Part shown: positions 12,530 through 26,003 of the stretch, one piece after another
Numbering within the stretch: the stretch's first letter is position 1
Layout: each line of letters starts with the position of its first letter
Source: Octopus vulgaris
Taxonomy: Eukaryota
NCBI GenBank assembly: GCA_951406725.2
Contig: OX597814.1
Coordinates: forward strand, 209,312,001 to 209,376,000
Direction: 5' to 3'
Length of the DNA stretch: 64,000 bases
Made by a program: the position numbers and the translations under genes
The notes under the pieces: generated by a model
The model's database searches: none
The model's input: the letters and a program-made list of their open reading frames with translations, nothing else
Told to the model about the DNA's origin: nothing

Positions 12530-13110
12530 GGTACAGGACATCAAAAAAACGTTGAACACAATGAGAAACGAAAACATAAAAACAAAAACATGGAAACGAA
12601 CTTTTGTTTCAAACAACGAAAAAACAGAGCACAAGATATACAACACAAGGAATATTCCCCTTCTTCAGTTGTCCCTGTTTCGTCTACCCCGCGTTTCGAG
12701 GGTAAGGACAAGACGCGACTTCGTTGAAACAGTCCTTTCCCCAAAGCAAATTAAATAAAATTTGGGATTTTTTGCGGAGGGGTAAAAGTGGTAACAAGAA
12801 CAGGACAGTAAGAACAAAACAAAACAGTAAAAAGCAATAAAAAAGTAAAAACAGTAAAAGACAGAACTAAGAGAATAACACAGTAAAAACAAACGATGAG
12901 GACTGTTAAGCCAAGACGATGGAAAAATTATTATGAACGCTTGAGGAGACAGCTTATGAGAGATACGGGATAAGCGGTCTGGTCTTGGTGAAGAAAGCAG
13001 TTGGAAAGATGGCTTCCCTCTGATCACGTGTCAGTGACGAGAGAGTCGAGTAGGAGGAGGAGGAGGAGTAAGAGAAAAGGAACGTTGAAGGGGAGAGGAG
13101 AAGAATAGGG
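12530..13110 (-). repeat. Dispersed repeat, possibly a Penelope-like terminal region
   Basis: A complex block between microsatellites with CTGAAGA and CGAAAC half-motifs and a pyrimidine-rich tail on the minus strand. No convincing protein motif. Confidence 0.3.
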
Positions 13111-13424
13111 AATAGGGAATACACACATGCATACATACTTTCATGCACTCACACACATATGCACACATGTATAGACACATGGGTGTATAGTTCAGAAGCT
13201 TGCTCTACAGAAGAGGGACTTAAACGATATCCATAGAGATAGTCACACAAACAATTTTATCGGGCACCTGTATGTATGCGTATATGTAGAGAGAGAGAGA
13301 GAGAGAGAGAGAAGAGAGGTAGAGAGAGAGAGAGAGAGGGAGAGAGTGTGTGTGGTGTAAATAAACATACTTGGGCTTGATAGATGAAATATACATGCAT
13401 ACACACACACACACATATATATAT

Positions 13425-13682
13425 AACGGGCAAGTGTCTGAGCACTCTGCAAACACGCACACCCTTAACGTAGTTCTCAGGGAGATTCCGCGTCACACAC
13501 AATGTGACAAGGCTGGCCCTTTGAATTACAAGTATAACCCATTTTTGTCAGCTGCGTAGACTGGAGCAATGTGAAATAAAGTGTCTTGCTCAAGGACACA
13601 AAAGCACCAAAGCACCATCAGGAATCGAACTCACGATGTTATGATTGTGAGCTGAATACCCTAACCACTTAGCCACTCGCTT
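13425..13682 (-). mobile_element. Older tRNA-derived SINE sharing the family C 3' region but with a different central domain
   Basis: Minus strand: tRNA-like head (GTGGCTAAGTGGTTAGGG...GAGTTCGATTCC), then TGTGTCCTTGAGCAAGACACTT, then GAGAACTACGTTAAGGGT as in family C. Confidence 0.75.
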
Positions 13683-13999
13683 TCCACCATAAGCATATAG
13701 TTATATATTTACAGAACACATTTGCATAGAGTACAAAAAATACAGAAAGCTAAGGGGAGAAGACATGGTATCCAGGTACCACAGTTGCCCCTAGGGATTC
13801 GGAATTACGTATTAGTCATAATGTTGACAGACCTGACACTCTCTCTCCCCTTCTCTCTCTTTCTCTCTCTGTATATATATTCTTTTATTCATTTCAGCCA
13901 TGTGGATGCGGTCATGCATCCCCGTGATTTTGTACTTTTTCATATTCGTCTTTGGCTGATTTCTTCAGGGTGGTGGTATTTGGTATCATCACTCCTGTA

Positions 14000-15560
14000 C
14001 GTACTTTTTTCCTTGCTTGTTGGCCCATTTGGTGTATGAGGGAGTTTGACATTGTACTCATGCCCAGCCATTGGTTTTTCTTGTCTTGTAGAGAGAGTAT
14101 CCAGTGTCATTTTTGAAGGCATCCACTTCCACATTGTGTAGATTTCTTAATTTTGTTTTGTCACGGCGCTGAAGAGCTGTGGGCCTTGGAGCCCTAAGCT
14201 GTTGCAGTACCTCCTCCTGACTTTAATGGGGTTAACGGTACCTTTGGCACAATGCAATAACATCTAGTTCGGGAATTTATATAACACTCAATCGTGAAAT
14301 TAGGTAGTTGCCTTTCTATAATTTTCCATATATAGATTATTACAAGTCTGCCACACCTTCGCTCCAGGGAGAAAAGTCGTAGTTTTTATAACCTTTCCCT
14401 GTAGTTAATCTGTTGCACTGTTACTATCTTGTTAGTGTAGCGACGCTGGATTACTTCAAGTTCCGTTGTTTGGCATTGTGTGGTGGTCACAGCCGAGAGC
14501 AGTAGTCCAGGCGTCTGAGAACAAAGATCCTCCACAGAGTCAATATGCCTTTTTGATCTTTTACTTTGAAGGAGCCTAGTTTCCATCCTATCAGTTGCTT
14601 CTTCTTCGTTGACATCTTGGTAATGTGCCTATGAGATGATGTACATTATAATTCCCGAGTCTCTTGCTGTCTGTGACTCTGTGATTGCAGTGCCTCCGGG
14701 TCCTGCGGTGTATTTGTAAGCTGAAAGTGTAGTGCTTTTAATTTTCCAGCATTACACTGCATGTTGATTTTTTCAGCTCATTTGTGTATGGCATTTAGAT
14801 CCTGCTGAAAGCTTGCAACATCGTCTTGTTTCTTTGTTGCTTGTAATAATTTTCTATGTCGGCATAGCGAATGACAGTAATTGTGAGTAACTATGGGCAT
14901 GTTTAAGAGAACTATTATAAACAGTAATGGCTCTCCTAACAGTAATTATAAACAGTAATGGTTCCAAGACCGTTTCTTGGGAGACGCCACTCAGAATTTG
15001 TCTTTTCTCAGAGAAGACACCATTGGCTGAAGCTGCCTCACTTCTATCTTTTAGGAAGTCATGCTGCCACTTTCCCAGTTTACTATAATAGCTATGCCAA
15101 GTCTCACAGCTTGTTACATATGCCATGATCTGCCTTATCAGAGACCTTTGCGAAGTCAAGATATATCACATTGCAATATGAATAGTGAAGCAGTTGCTTC
15201 AGAATCCAGCCATAGTGCCGCTAAGCAGCTCCTTGGTGGACGGAAGCCATGATGTATATCGTTCAGTAAGTCGTTTTCTTCAGTTTCTTTCTGATGATTC
15301 GTTCCGTGATTTTACTAATATGTAAGGTCAGAGAAATTGGCCTTTAGTTTTTAACCTCAGCTTTGCTCCAGCCTTTGCGGATATGGCATATAATGCCTTC
15401 TTTTAACTGTTTAGGAAGTTTATCACTTGCTAGGAAACATTGGAAAAGTATCTGGTTTCATTAAAGCCTGCTTACATGACTTCAGGAGAATAACTAGGAA
15501 GCCACCAGGATCAGGTTCTGAGCTTAAGCTCATGTCGTCTGTGGCCCCTGTTACATCTGC
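14000..15560 (-). mobile_element. Decayed CR1/jockey-group LINE (RT and 3' region)
   Basis: Minus-strand remnants ILSGVSQETVLEPLLF, YRERL..LFSLERR and YCNSLG.QGPQLF, with many stops and frameshifts. Confidence 0.8.
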
Positions 15561-16092
15561 TTCATCAATGTCGATGTAATCGATGATTACCGCCTTCTTC
15601 TGCAGAGCAGTAACGTTAAAAATGTCGGTATTTCACGTCTCTTGCGACCATGCAGACTTCAAAACACATTTGAACTACGGAATGAGCGAAATTACCGACT
15701 TTTCACCACACATACACACTTTAATAATACTAAATATATCTCATCTTTCCGTTTTGAACTTTGACTACACTAGCCGAAAGCTAGAAATTTTGTTTCATGC
15801 TCGGAATATCTTAAATTGCAGTTTAGAACTAACATCTTTCTGCAGATACGTGGTTAATGATTTATTTATAAACAAAAAAAAAAATGCACATCGCTATAAT
15901 TATCTTGATTAATTTATATCACACTCTGTTTTGTCAAATACTCATTAACACTTTAAATCAACCTGATTGGCTTTAGGTGCATTTAGTACTTCTTATCACA
16001 AAAATTTACAACACTCAAACGTTTTGCTTTGAGTACATTCGTATTTCCAAATACCATACACAATAACGCTATCATTATGTATACGCATGTTA

Positions 16093-17028
16093 AGGCGATG
16101 AGCTGGCAGAATTGTTAGCACACCGGGCGAGAATGCTTAGCAGCATTTCGTCTGCCGCTACGTTCTGAGTTCAAATTCCGCCGAGGTCGACTTTGCCTTT
16201 AATCCTTTCGGGGTCGATTAAATAAGTACCAGTTACGCACAGGGGTCGATCTAATCGACTTAATCCGTTTGTCTGTCCTTGTTTGTTCCCTCTATGTTTA
16301 GCCCCTTGTGGGTAGTAAAGAAATAAGAATCGTTAGCACGCCGTACAAAATGCTTAGCCGTATTTCGTCTGCCGTTACGTTCTGAGTTCAAATTCCGCCG
16401 AGGTCGAATTTGCCTTTCATCCTCTTGGGGTGGATAAATTATGTACCATTAAAAACCAGGGTCAATGTAATCGCAAAAAAATCACAAAAAATAATTTCAG
16501 GTCTTATGTTTATAGTAGATATAATCTCCTTTCCCCACAATATCAGGCTTTGTACCTGTAGTAAAAAGGATCATGTATACACATATTGGTTTCAAATCTT
16601 GGCAGAATGCCAGCAACTTCGGGATGGGGGTAAGTTGATTTCATATGCCCCAGTACTTAACTGGTACTTATTTTATCAACCCCGAAAGGATGAAAGGCAA
16701 AGTCGACATCGCTGGAATTTGAACACAGAACCTAACGACGGACAAAATGCGGCTAAGCATTCTGCCCGGCGTGCTAACCATTCTGCCGGCTCGCTATCTT
16801 AATAACAATAACAATCCTTTCTACTAAAGGCACAAGGCCTGAAATTTCCGGGGTGGGAACTAGCTGATTACATCGCCACCGTGTTTCACTGGTACTTGAT
16901 TTCTTGATCCCGAAAGAATAAAGGACAGAGTTGTCCACGGCGGAATTTGAACTCAGAACGGAACAACGGACGAAATGCCACTATGCATTTTGTCCGGCGT
17001 GCTAACGATTCTGCCAGCTCGCTGCCTT
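16093..17028. mobile_element. Cluster of four family B SINEs (two +, then two -)
   Basis: + copies at ~16093-16328 and ~16327-16570; - copies at ~16590-16800 and ~16815-17028. Confidence 0.85.
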
Positions 17029-17047
17029 AATTATGTATACACATGTT

Positions 17048-17372
<325 letters not shown>

Positions 17373-17747
17373 TATGCGAAGATGTATACATATACATATG
17401 CGTGTACATAGACACACACTCACTCACAAACTCGCAAACACATATAACGTATAAGGCGTAATAGATAACGCAAAAACGTACCAAAAAAATGCATAGCTCA
17501 CAGTACAAGTGTAATAGCAATATCTGTTTTCGGGCGATGCATTATTTTTGTTGTCAGTATCATTCATGTTTTGGTTTATAATAGAAATGAAATAAACTTT
17601 CAAATTATGGCACGAGGCTAGCAAATTTCGATTCTGAAAAGATGAAATGCAAAGTTGACCTCGGCAGTATTTGAACTTAATACGTGAATAGTTGGAAAAT
17701 TGTTCTTCGTTGGGCTAACAATTCTGCCAACTTGCCGCTTTGGGAAT

Positions 17748-17881
17748 AGTGTGGTAAGTAGCTTGCTTACGAATCACATGGTTCCGGGTTCAGTCCCACT
17801 GCCTGGCACCTTGGGCAAGTTTCTTCTGCTATAGCCTCGGTCCGACTAAAGCCTTGTGACGGAAACTGAAAGAAGCTCATC

Positions 17882-17934
<53 letters not shown>

Positions 17935-19096
17935 TAGATAACTTAGATATGTTTCGACCAAAGATTGGTCCAGGCCATGTCTAACTTAATAGCACCACCT
18001 GACAGGATTATTCGAATCCTGTTTAAGTGAAATTTTGTTCAAGTAGTGAGTTCTTGTTGGGTGAGTTGTATCCAATTATGGTTGGCTTATCTGGTATTCT
18101 TTGAAGGAATCTATCCAGACTCCGTTTAAAGTTGATGGGATCCTTTTCCTCTTTGATCTCCCTCGGAACAATGTTAAATAGGGTAGGGCCTGTTGAGGAA
18201 AAGAAATTATGTTGTGATCTTGAATTGGGCAGGGGACGTATGGCCCGTGGTCCCAGTCTTGGATGAACCTTGAAGCTAATGCTAAGGTCGTTTGGGCAAA
18301 GTTGGCCTTATATTCTCCACATCGTACAAATGATGTACCGCTCATGGCGACGTTGGAAGGAGTAAAGTTTCAAGGCGATCCCAATAATCGAGAGCAGCCA
18401 TGCCTTCAATTCGTTTAGTGAGTGCCCTCTGGGGTGACTCAATCCTGGAGATGTTTTGTCTTGTATGGGGAGACCACAGTGGGCAGCAGTATTCAAGGTG
18501 TGGCCGTACAAAGGAGGAGAAAAGTGGTATGATGACACCTTGTTCTCTGGACCAGAAAGTTCTTAAGATCCAGGAACTCATCCTACGAGCTATATCGACC
18601 TTCTTGTTGATGTGTGCACTCCAACTGAGATCGTCATCAACAATTACGCCCAGGTCTCTGATATTGTTAGAGGCTGTGAGCGGTTCCTCTGAAGGAAGAG
18701 AGTATGGTTGTTTTAGTGAGGAATTTCTTCCAAAATGCATCAGCTCCAATTTACCCTCATTCAGTTGCATTTTGTTTCTGTCTGCCCATTGACTCACAGC
18801 ATATAGATCAGACTGGAGTTGAGTTCGGTCTGCTTCTTCATTGACGATTTGCTGGAGCTTAGTGTCATCAGCAAATATTTTCACTTTGCAGTAACGTACG
18901 ACACTGGAAAGGTCGTTTATGTAAATTATGAAGAGTAGCGGACCCAAAACAGTCCCCTGGGGAACACCGCTGGTGACTTTTGCTGGGCTTGAGTGGACTC
19001 CATCAACTACAACATGTTGTGTTCTATTCGCCTGGAAATACTTAATCCAGTGTAGAACTTTTCCACGGATTCCAAAATTTGCCAATTTTGAGAGTA

Positions 19097-19142
<46 letters not shown>

Positions 19143-19360
19143 ATGTTTGTGTGTCTGTGTCCCTCCAACATCGCTTGAGAGCCGATGCTGGTGTGTTTAC
19201 GTCCCCGTAACTTAGCGGTTCGGCAAAAGAGACCGATATAATAAGTACTAGGCTTACAAAGAATAAGTCCTGGGGTAGATATGCTCGACTAAAGGCGGTG
19301 CTCCAGCATGGTCACAATCAAATGACTGAAACAAGTAAAAGCGTAAAAGAGTAAAGAGTA
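17748..19360 (+). mobile_element. Family A SINE split by a LINE insertion (5' half 17748-17930, 3' half 19099-19360)
   Basis: The two halves rejoin through the internal (TA)n to give the consensus seen at 4721-5124. Confidence 0.88.
17931..19098 (-). mobile_element. 5'-truncated CR1-like LINE (RT C-terminal half, 3'UTR, (ATCTAAGTT)n tail)
   Basis: ORF 18342..19085 contains SGVPQGTVLGPLLFIIYINDL, IFADDTKL, RDLGV, RPHLEYCCPLWSP and YWDRL. It has a short tandem tail and (TA)n on both sides. Confidence 0.92.
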
Positions 19361-19869
19361 TATCACTGTCTTTCGAATAGTTCTTGTCTACCAAGTTCTT
19401 TTCACAAAGAATTGTTAATCCAGAGGTTATGGTAAGAAAACTTTTCTAAGGTGATCAAACGTAGAAGTACGTGTTTGCGACGCAAACTTGTTAGCTTAAC
19501 TGCCATACCTACGTTGGCTGATGTTAGCCGTTGAGTGAAATGGATGATATTACGTGACATGTAAGCCTTTCTTAAGTACATTAATGATGTACGTGAAGCA
19601 AATTCGTTTACAGCAGGAATTGAAATGAATTCGTTATGTTGGTTCGTTAGTTATCCTCATTCTTGCTCTACAGTACATTCAAAATGACAAACGTAAATAT
19701 ATTAGGTTTTGAATTAAAACACTGTATTTTAAACGTGGAGAAGCTATAAGGCGTGACATTAATGCCTTCGGAATAAGCATTAATGCATACGTGAATGAAT
19801 TGTCTTTAAAAAAGGATAGAACATTATAAGCCAAATCATGAGTTTGCAGGATGAGTACCGCCTTTATTA

Positions 19870-20090
19870 TTGTTTCAGTCATTTGACTGTGGCCATGCTG
19901 GAGCACCGCCTTTAGTAGAGCAAATCTACCCCAGGACTTATTCTTTGTAAGCCTAGTACTTATTATATCGGTCTCTTTTGCCGAACCGCTAAGTGACGGG
20001 GACGTAAACACACCAGCATCGGTTGTCAAGCGATGTTGGGGAGACACAGACACACAAACATATACACACACACATACATACATATATATA
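19870..20090 (-). mobile_element. 3' half of a family A SINE
   Basis: Reverse complement of the 4900-5100 region. Confidence 0.85.
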
Positions 20091-20904
20091 CATCACAAGG
20101 GTGTATTAGAAGAAATTTTAGTTTTATGAATGGAAAAATACTGAAGAAGCTGTAAATTCCAAGAGGTAAAGGTAAGTACCAAAAAAACAAGCGATAAGCT
20201 CCCTGTAATTTTAAAGAGGAACTACCAATGAAAAACGGTAAGCGCCTGTAGAATAGAAACCATGATGCAAATGGTTTTAATTTACTTGCACTAATGCACT
20301 CGGGAAGTATATAATTGCACGATATCACACTGATCACTGTAATGAAAATATAAAAAATTATGTGTAAAATCAGAGCCTGACTACAATTAAAGATTATGTT
20401 TGCAACAGAGTTAATAGACCAGAGGCCTACGTTGACATAAAAATCATTTACGCATTTCGAAGTCCAAGCTATTTACAACTGAAACACCGCCTCGCCATAG
20501 AAGGTTTATTTCCTAGTACATTAACCAATAATTATCATAGATAATACGTTGTTAATTGTTTTATACTGATTTAAATATGATTAACTTTCTCTTCAACTAA
20601 CCTATTATTTTTATGTTCTGTTTTTACAAAGACACCAAAATACTGTTATTATCTTGTCTCTGATGTTTACAATTTTGAAGATGGAGGTAGACTATAAATC
20701 TTTGGAACTTTTATGAATATACATTATAGAACTCGATGAATTTCATGAAAGAATTTCTGTGATATAAAATATTTAAACTCGGCCATAAAATGTAATAAAA
20801 ACAATAGTGTTTGATACAGAAATATTTTTTTCTCGCCGATAATTTTCTTTGTTATGAACAATATATACGTTCCTCTATAAAAATGCAAAACACCATTAAA
20901 AATC

Positions 20905-20954
<50 letters not shown>

Positions 20955-21215
20955 ACATCCCAATATTTCTTTTTTAAAAAAGCTTTATTATTTGGGCAGT
21001 GGGGTTATAAAAACCAACAAACTTTTGAACTATAAAACTTACGCATTTATGCTCAAATCAGGCTGAATTCATCTTTGAATAACACCCATTAAAGAAGCAC
21101 GCATCTAGTACTGAGATCAATATGGTACCCCAAAGCCAACCAAATTGCCTCTCCTAAAACTAGTTGGCCTTCTGCCAATGTCACAACTTATTATTATTAT
21201 CATCATCATTATTAA

Positions 21216-22200
21216 GGCGGCGAACTGGCTGAATCGTCAGCACATCGAACAAAATGCTTAGCGGCACTTCGTCCGTCGTTACGTTTTGAGTTCAAATTTC
21301 ACTGAGTTCAACTTTACCTTTCATCCTTTATGAGTCGATAAATTGAGTGCTAGTGAAATACTGGGGTTGATATAATCGGCTAGTCCTCTCCCGCCAAATT
21401 TCAGGGCTTGTGCCTTTAGTAGAAATGATTATTATCATGTTTTGGGATGTGGATAGGAAAATTGCTAGAGCAAGGGACACAATACCTTGCGGTATTTAAT
21501 TGTGCTTCTCCTTATGGTGACAATTCAAATTCTGAGACTAAATATAATGATGAGTGATCCAGTATTGAGTATTTAATTGACTGTTCCTTTCCCTAACAAC
21601 TTGTGATTTTGTGTCAATGTTAGGCAATATTATCATTCACAATAAGGCAGTAAGTTGGCAGAATCGTTAGCGCGCCAGGCAAAATGTTCAGCGGCATTTC
21701 GCCCGTCTTTACGTTCTGAGTTTAAATTCTGCCGAGGTCGACTTTACCTTTCACCGTCTCGGGATCGATAAAATAAGCACCAAGGCGGCGAGCTGACAGA
21801 AACGTTAGCACACCGGGCGAAATGCTTAGCGGTATTTCGCCTGCCGCTACGCTCTGAGTTCAAATTCCGCCGAGGTCGACTTTGCCTTTCATCCTTTCGG
21901 GGTCGATAAATTAAATACCTGTTACGCACTGGGGTCGATGCAATCGACTTAATCCGTTTGTCTGTCCTTGTTTGTTCCCTCTGTGTTTAGCCCCTTGTGG
22001 GTAGTAAAGAAATAGGTATTTCGTCTGTCGCTACGTTCTGAGTTCAAATTCCGCCGAGGTCGACTTGAACTTTCATCCTTTCGGGGTCGATAAATTAAGT
22101 ACCTGTTACGCACTGGGGTCGAATGCAATCGACTTAATCCGTTTGTCTGTCCTTGTTTGTTCCCTCTGTGTTTAGCCCCTTGTGGGCAATAAAGAAATAG
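21216..22200 (+). mobile_element. Family B SINEs: single copies at ~21216 and ~21645, head-to-tail dimer at 21784-22200
   Basis: The second dimer unit re-enters at GGTATTTCGTCTG directly after the tail AAAGAAATA. Confidence 0.88.
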
Positions 22201-22662
22201 ATAAAATAAGCACCAGTTGAACTCCAGGGCCGATGTAACCGATCATATATACCCTTCCCGAAATTGCTTGTCTTGTACCAAAATTTGAAATCAGTATTAT
22301 TATTAACCTGAAATTACATATGCGAACAGTTATGCTGTTGTTTTCATTGAAGAGGCAGCGTAAATATTTGCGAGGTGATTGATGCAATGAAAGTTAGCAG
22401 CAAACTGAGTCTGCAATATTCATTGATTACTTAGTTTTTAGCGTTATTTGAAATTGTCCTAATGCGTATGCCCCTGAAAAAAAAAAGGATACAAGGTTAC
22501 AAAATCCATTTTAACACCTAAGTAAGACATCGATGTATGTATTTAGGAACTGGCCAGCACTGAAATGTAAGAATAAGCTCACTCTTAGCGTAGCTACTGA
22601 TCAGATTTGGTTTATTCGGTACAGCCATTTCACTTCTCACATGAAAATTTTTACCACCATTG

Positions 22663-23266
22663 TTTCTTATTTCTTTACAGCCCACAAGGGGCTACACACA
22701 GAGGGGACAAACAAGGACAGACAAACGGACTAAGTCTAGTATATCGATCCCAGTGCATAACTGGTACTTATTTAATCAACTCCGAAAGGATGAAAGGCTA
22801 AGTCGACCTCGGCGAAATTTGCACTCAGAACGTAGCGGCAAACGAAATACCTATTTCTTTACTACCCACAAGGGGCTAAACACAGAGAGGACAAACAAGG
22901 ACAGACAAACGGATTAAGTCGATTATATCGGCCCCAGTGCGTAACTGGTACTTAATTTATCGACCACGAAAGGATGAAAGGCAAAGTCAACCTCGGCGGA
23001 ATTTGAGCTCAGAACGTAGCGGCAAACGAAATACATATTTCTTTACTACCCACAAGGGGCTAGAGATAGAGGGGACAAACAAGGACAGACAAGCGGATTA
23101 AGTTGATTACATCGACCCCAGTGCGTAACTGGTACTTACTTAATCGACCCCAAAAGGATGAAAGGCAAAGTCGACTTCGGCGGAATTTGAACTCAGAACG
23201 TAGCGGCAGACGAAATACCGCTAAACATTTCGCTCGGCGTGCTAACGTTTCTGCCAGCTCGCCGCC
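22663..23266 (-). mobile_element. Family B SINE trimer (one head plus ~182-bp repeated units)
   Basis: Three consecutive units are visible; only the rightmost has the head (GCCAGCTCGCCGCC on the + strand). Confidence 0.9.
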
Positions 23267-23377
23267 TTTTTAAACCATTGTTTCTATTCTCTCTCTTAAT
23301 ATAAATTAAAGATTTTTCAGCTGTAATCTGCATGCTCTTTAAATATACATTATACTTTATATAGTGAGGGCGCGTGG

Positions 23378-23477
23378 NNNNNNNNNNNNNNNNNNNNNNN
23401 NNNNNNNNNNNNNNNNNNNNNNNNNNNNNNNNNNNNNNNNNNNNNNNNNNNNNNNNNNNNNNNNNNNNNNNNNNNNN
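23378..23477. other. Assembly gap (100 N)
   Basis: Run of N. The SINE sequence immediately after it is scrambled. Confidence 1.
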
Positions 23478-24171
23478 CAGAAGCGTTAGCACGCCGCCTT
23501 TCATCCTTTCCGGCGGAAAATGCGTCAGCCGTATTTCTGTCTGTCGTTACGTTATTTCGTCTGCCGTTGTTTTCAGTTCAAATTCCGCCGAGGTCGACTT
23601 TGCCTTTCATCCTTTTAGGGTCGATAAATTAAGTACCAGTTACGCACAGGGGTCGATCTAATCGACTTTATCCGTTTGTCTGTCCTTGTTTGTTCCCTCT
23701 ATGTTTAGCCCCTCGTGGGCAATAAACACATAAGAAATGAATATTTTCCTTAAATGTCTTTCAAGAAAGCTTTCCTTTAGTAGAGTAAGCTCTCTCTCTC
23801 TCTTATTTGTTTTTTATTTGCTTGCATTCATCTATACAGTTTTCCCTAACTTAGGACAGAGCAAATATCTTCAAATGAGTATATATCCCTACATGTACTA
23901 TAATGATATTAATACACCTTTCACCTCCATTATTAATAGCAGGAAATATTGCTCTCAGTTTCTAACTCTCGAGTCAGAGGGACATCGCTGATGTAACATT
24001 AAGTGTTAAAGAGAACTACACTAGAAGCGAACTGATGTACATTACTTGATATTTGAACTAGAACAGCGCATCACCAATCCAGTATTGAAACTCACAACAT
24101 TACGATGATGAGTCCAATACCCTCAACCACTTGACCTCGTACTTTCGCTCGTAAAAAAATATTATACAATA

Positions 24172-24553
24172 CTAGCAGTATCTCCCGGCGTTGCTCGGGT
24201 TTGCTTCGACCCATTAGAATTGGAATTTTTGAAAAGTAAAAATTTTGCCTTATGTAGCTCTTTAAGTGAACATTTTTCTGGTTGAAATACACCGAAAAAA
24301 TGGCGACACAGCAGTAAAACAATCGTAAAAAATAGGGATTTTCATAGAAAAAAAGCACCAATTTGATGTAAATAATTTTTGGTCTTAACATGGTCCGATT
24401 TGAACTTTTTTCTACGGAAGGAAGAGCAAGCCTTCTTCTATCATACTCTCAATTTTGGTCAACTTGTGCCGCAGGGTCTCGGAGGAGATAGTGTTTGTCG
24501 AAGGCTATCAAACCTGCCATACACAGACAACTTCAGCTTTATTTATAGAGAGA
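24172..24553 (-). mobile_element. Non-autonomous Helitron
   Basis: The minus strand starts A|TCTCT and ends with hairpin CCCGAGCAACGCCGGG then CTAG|T. Confidence 0.85.
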
Positions 24554-24942
24554 TATATAGAAATTGAAACTTTACACAAGCGACTTAGAGTTCCGACTTA
24601 CGGCTTCTCAGGTAGTAGTGTGTTAACAATAGACATGCATTTATATGCATATGATAACGATACAATTGGAGTTCCCAAAATATTTGACATAAAAAAAGAT
24701 ACAAACACATAATTCGATTGGTTGATAGATTCCAATAGAATAAACGTTGCTTCGAAAAACGGTTTTGTATAGAATATTAAAAGGATGAAGAAAGAGAAGA
24801 GCAGAAAAAAAAATTAGAGTACGAAAGAAGATGGTGAGAGGAGGGAGGAGCGTCAGAGAATGAAAGATAGGAATAAGAAGACAATATATATAGAAAGTGA
24901 GTTTTAGAGTGATATATATATATATACATAGTTACACATACA

Positions 24943-25030
<88 letters not shown>

Positions 25031-25723
25031 TATACACATAGATGCATACAAACGTATATATCTATCACTATGAAAGTCATTCTAACCGTATTTTTCATCC
25101 TATGGATACATATAAAAATGTATAGGCACATATATACTTACAAACATAGAGGGAGAACCAAAGACAGAGAGATAGAAGTTGACAGATAGATAGATAGATA
25201 TAAATAGACAGAAAGATAGATAGATTGGTAGATATATATAGAGAGAAAAAGAGAAAGAGAAAGGGTGTGTGTGTACGTGTGCGTAAAAGGGAAATTAAAA
25301 CCTCCATATTAATGATATATGAGATTATGAGATAAAAAAATGCAGAAAATAAGGAAGGTAAAAATAAAGAAATATGTAAGAAGAGAAAGAGTTAGTCTTA
25401 TAATATGTTATTTTAAAGAAAACCTATTTAGCGTTATTCATAAGTGAACGAAAGAAAAGGACTAAGGAAAAAAGTTCCTATTGAATCTATTCCCATTATA
25501 GAATAAAATCGCCCGTTTTTCAGAGATGCATACGTTACAAAGGTTAGTGATTTGGTAACAAGCGTTCCACAATTTCTCCTTATTTGATGTCGATATTTGT
25601 AGGCCATTTTTTTTTTTTAAAGTCCCAAACATATTTCGACATATCTAAATCCTTCTTTCTCTTTCGCCATCTCTTCCCACCCCCACTTCATCAACCCACA
25701 CGCTCGATCGCACATATATATTC

Positions 25724-25743
25724 ACACACACACACATATGCAT

Positions 25744-25801
<58 letters not shown>

Positions 25802-25947
25802 CATTTTATATATATATATTATACATTATATATATATATATATATTATACATTATATATATATATATATTATACATTATATATATATATATATTATACAT
25901 ATATATATATATATATATATACATATATATGTATATATATATACATG

Positions 25948-26000
<53 letters not shown>
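25724..26000. repeat. (CA)/(TA)n compound microsatellite with TTATACA interruptions
   Basis: Read directly. Confidence 0.95.

Positions 26001-26003
<3 letters not shown>

Noticed and set aside
12655-12710. Possible type II hammerhead (GAAA before CTGAAGA on the minus strand)
   Set aside because: No stem I pairing could be built.
23478-23580. Rearranged SINE head
   Set aside because: It is immediately adjacent to the gap and most likely low-quality contig-end sequence.
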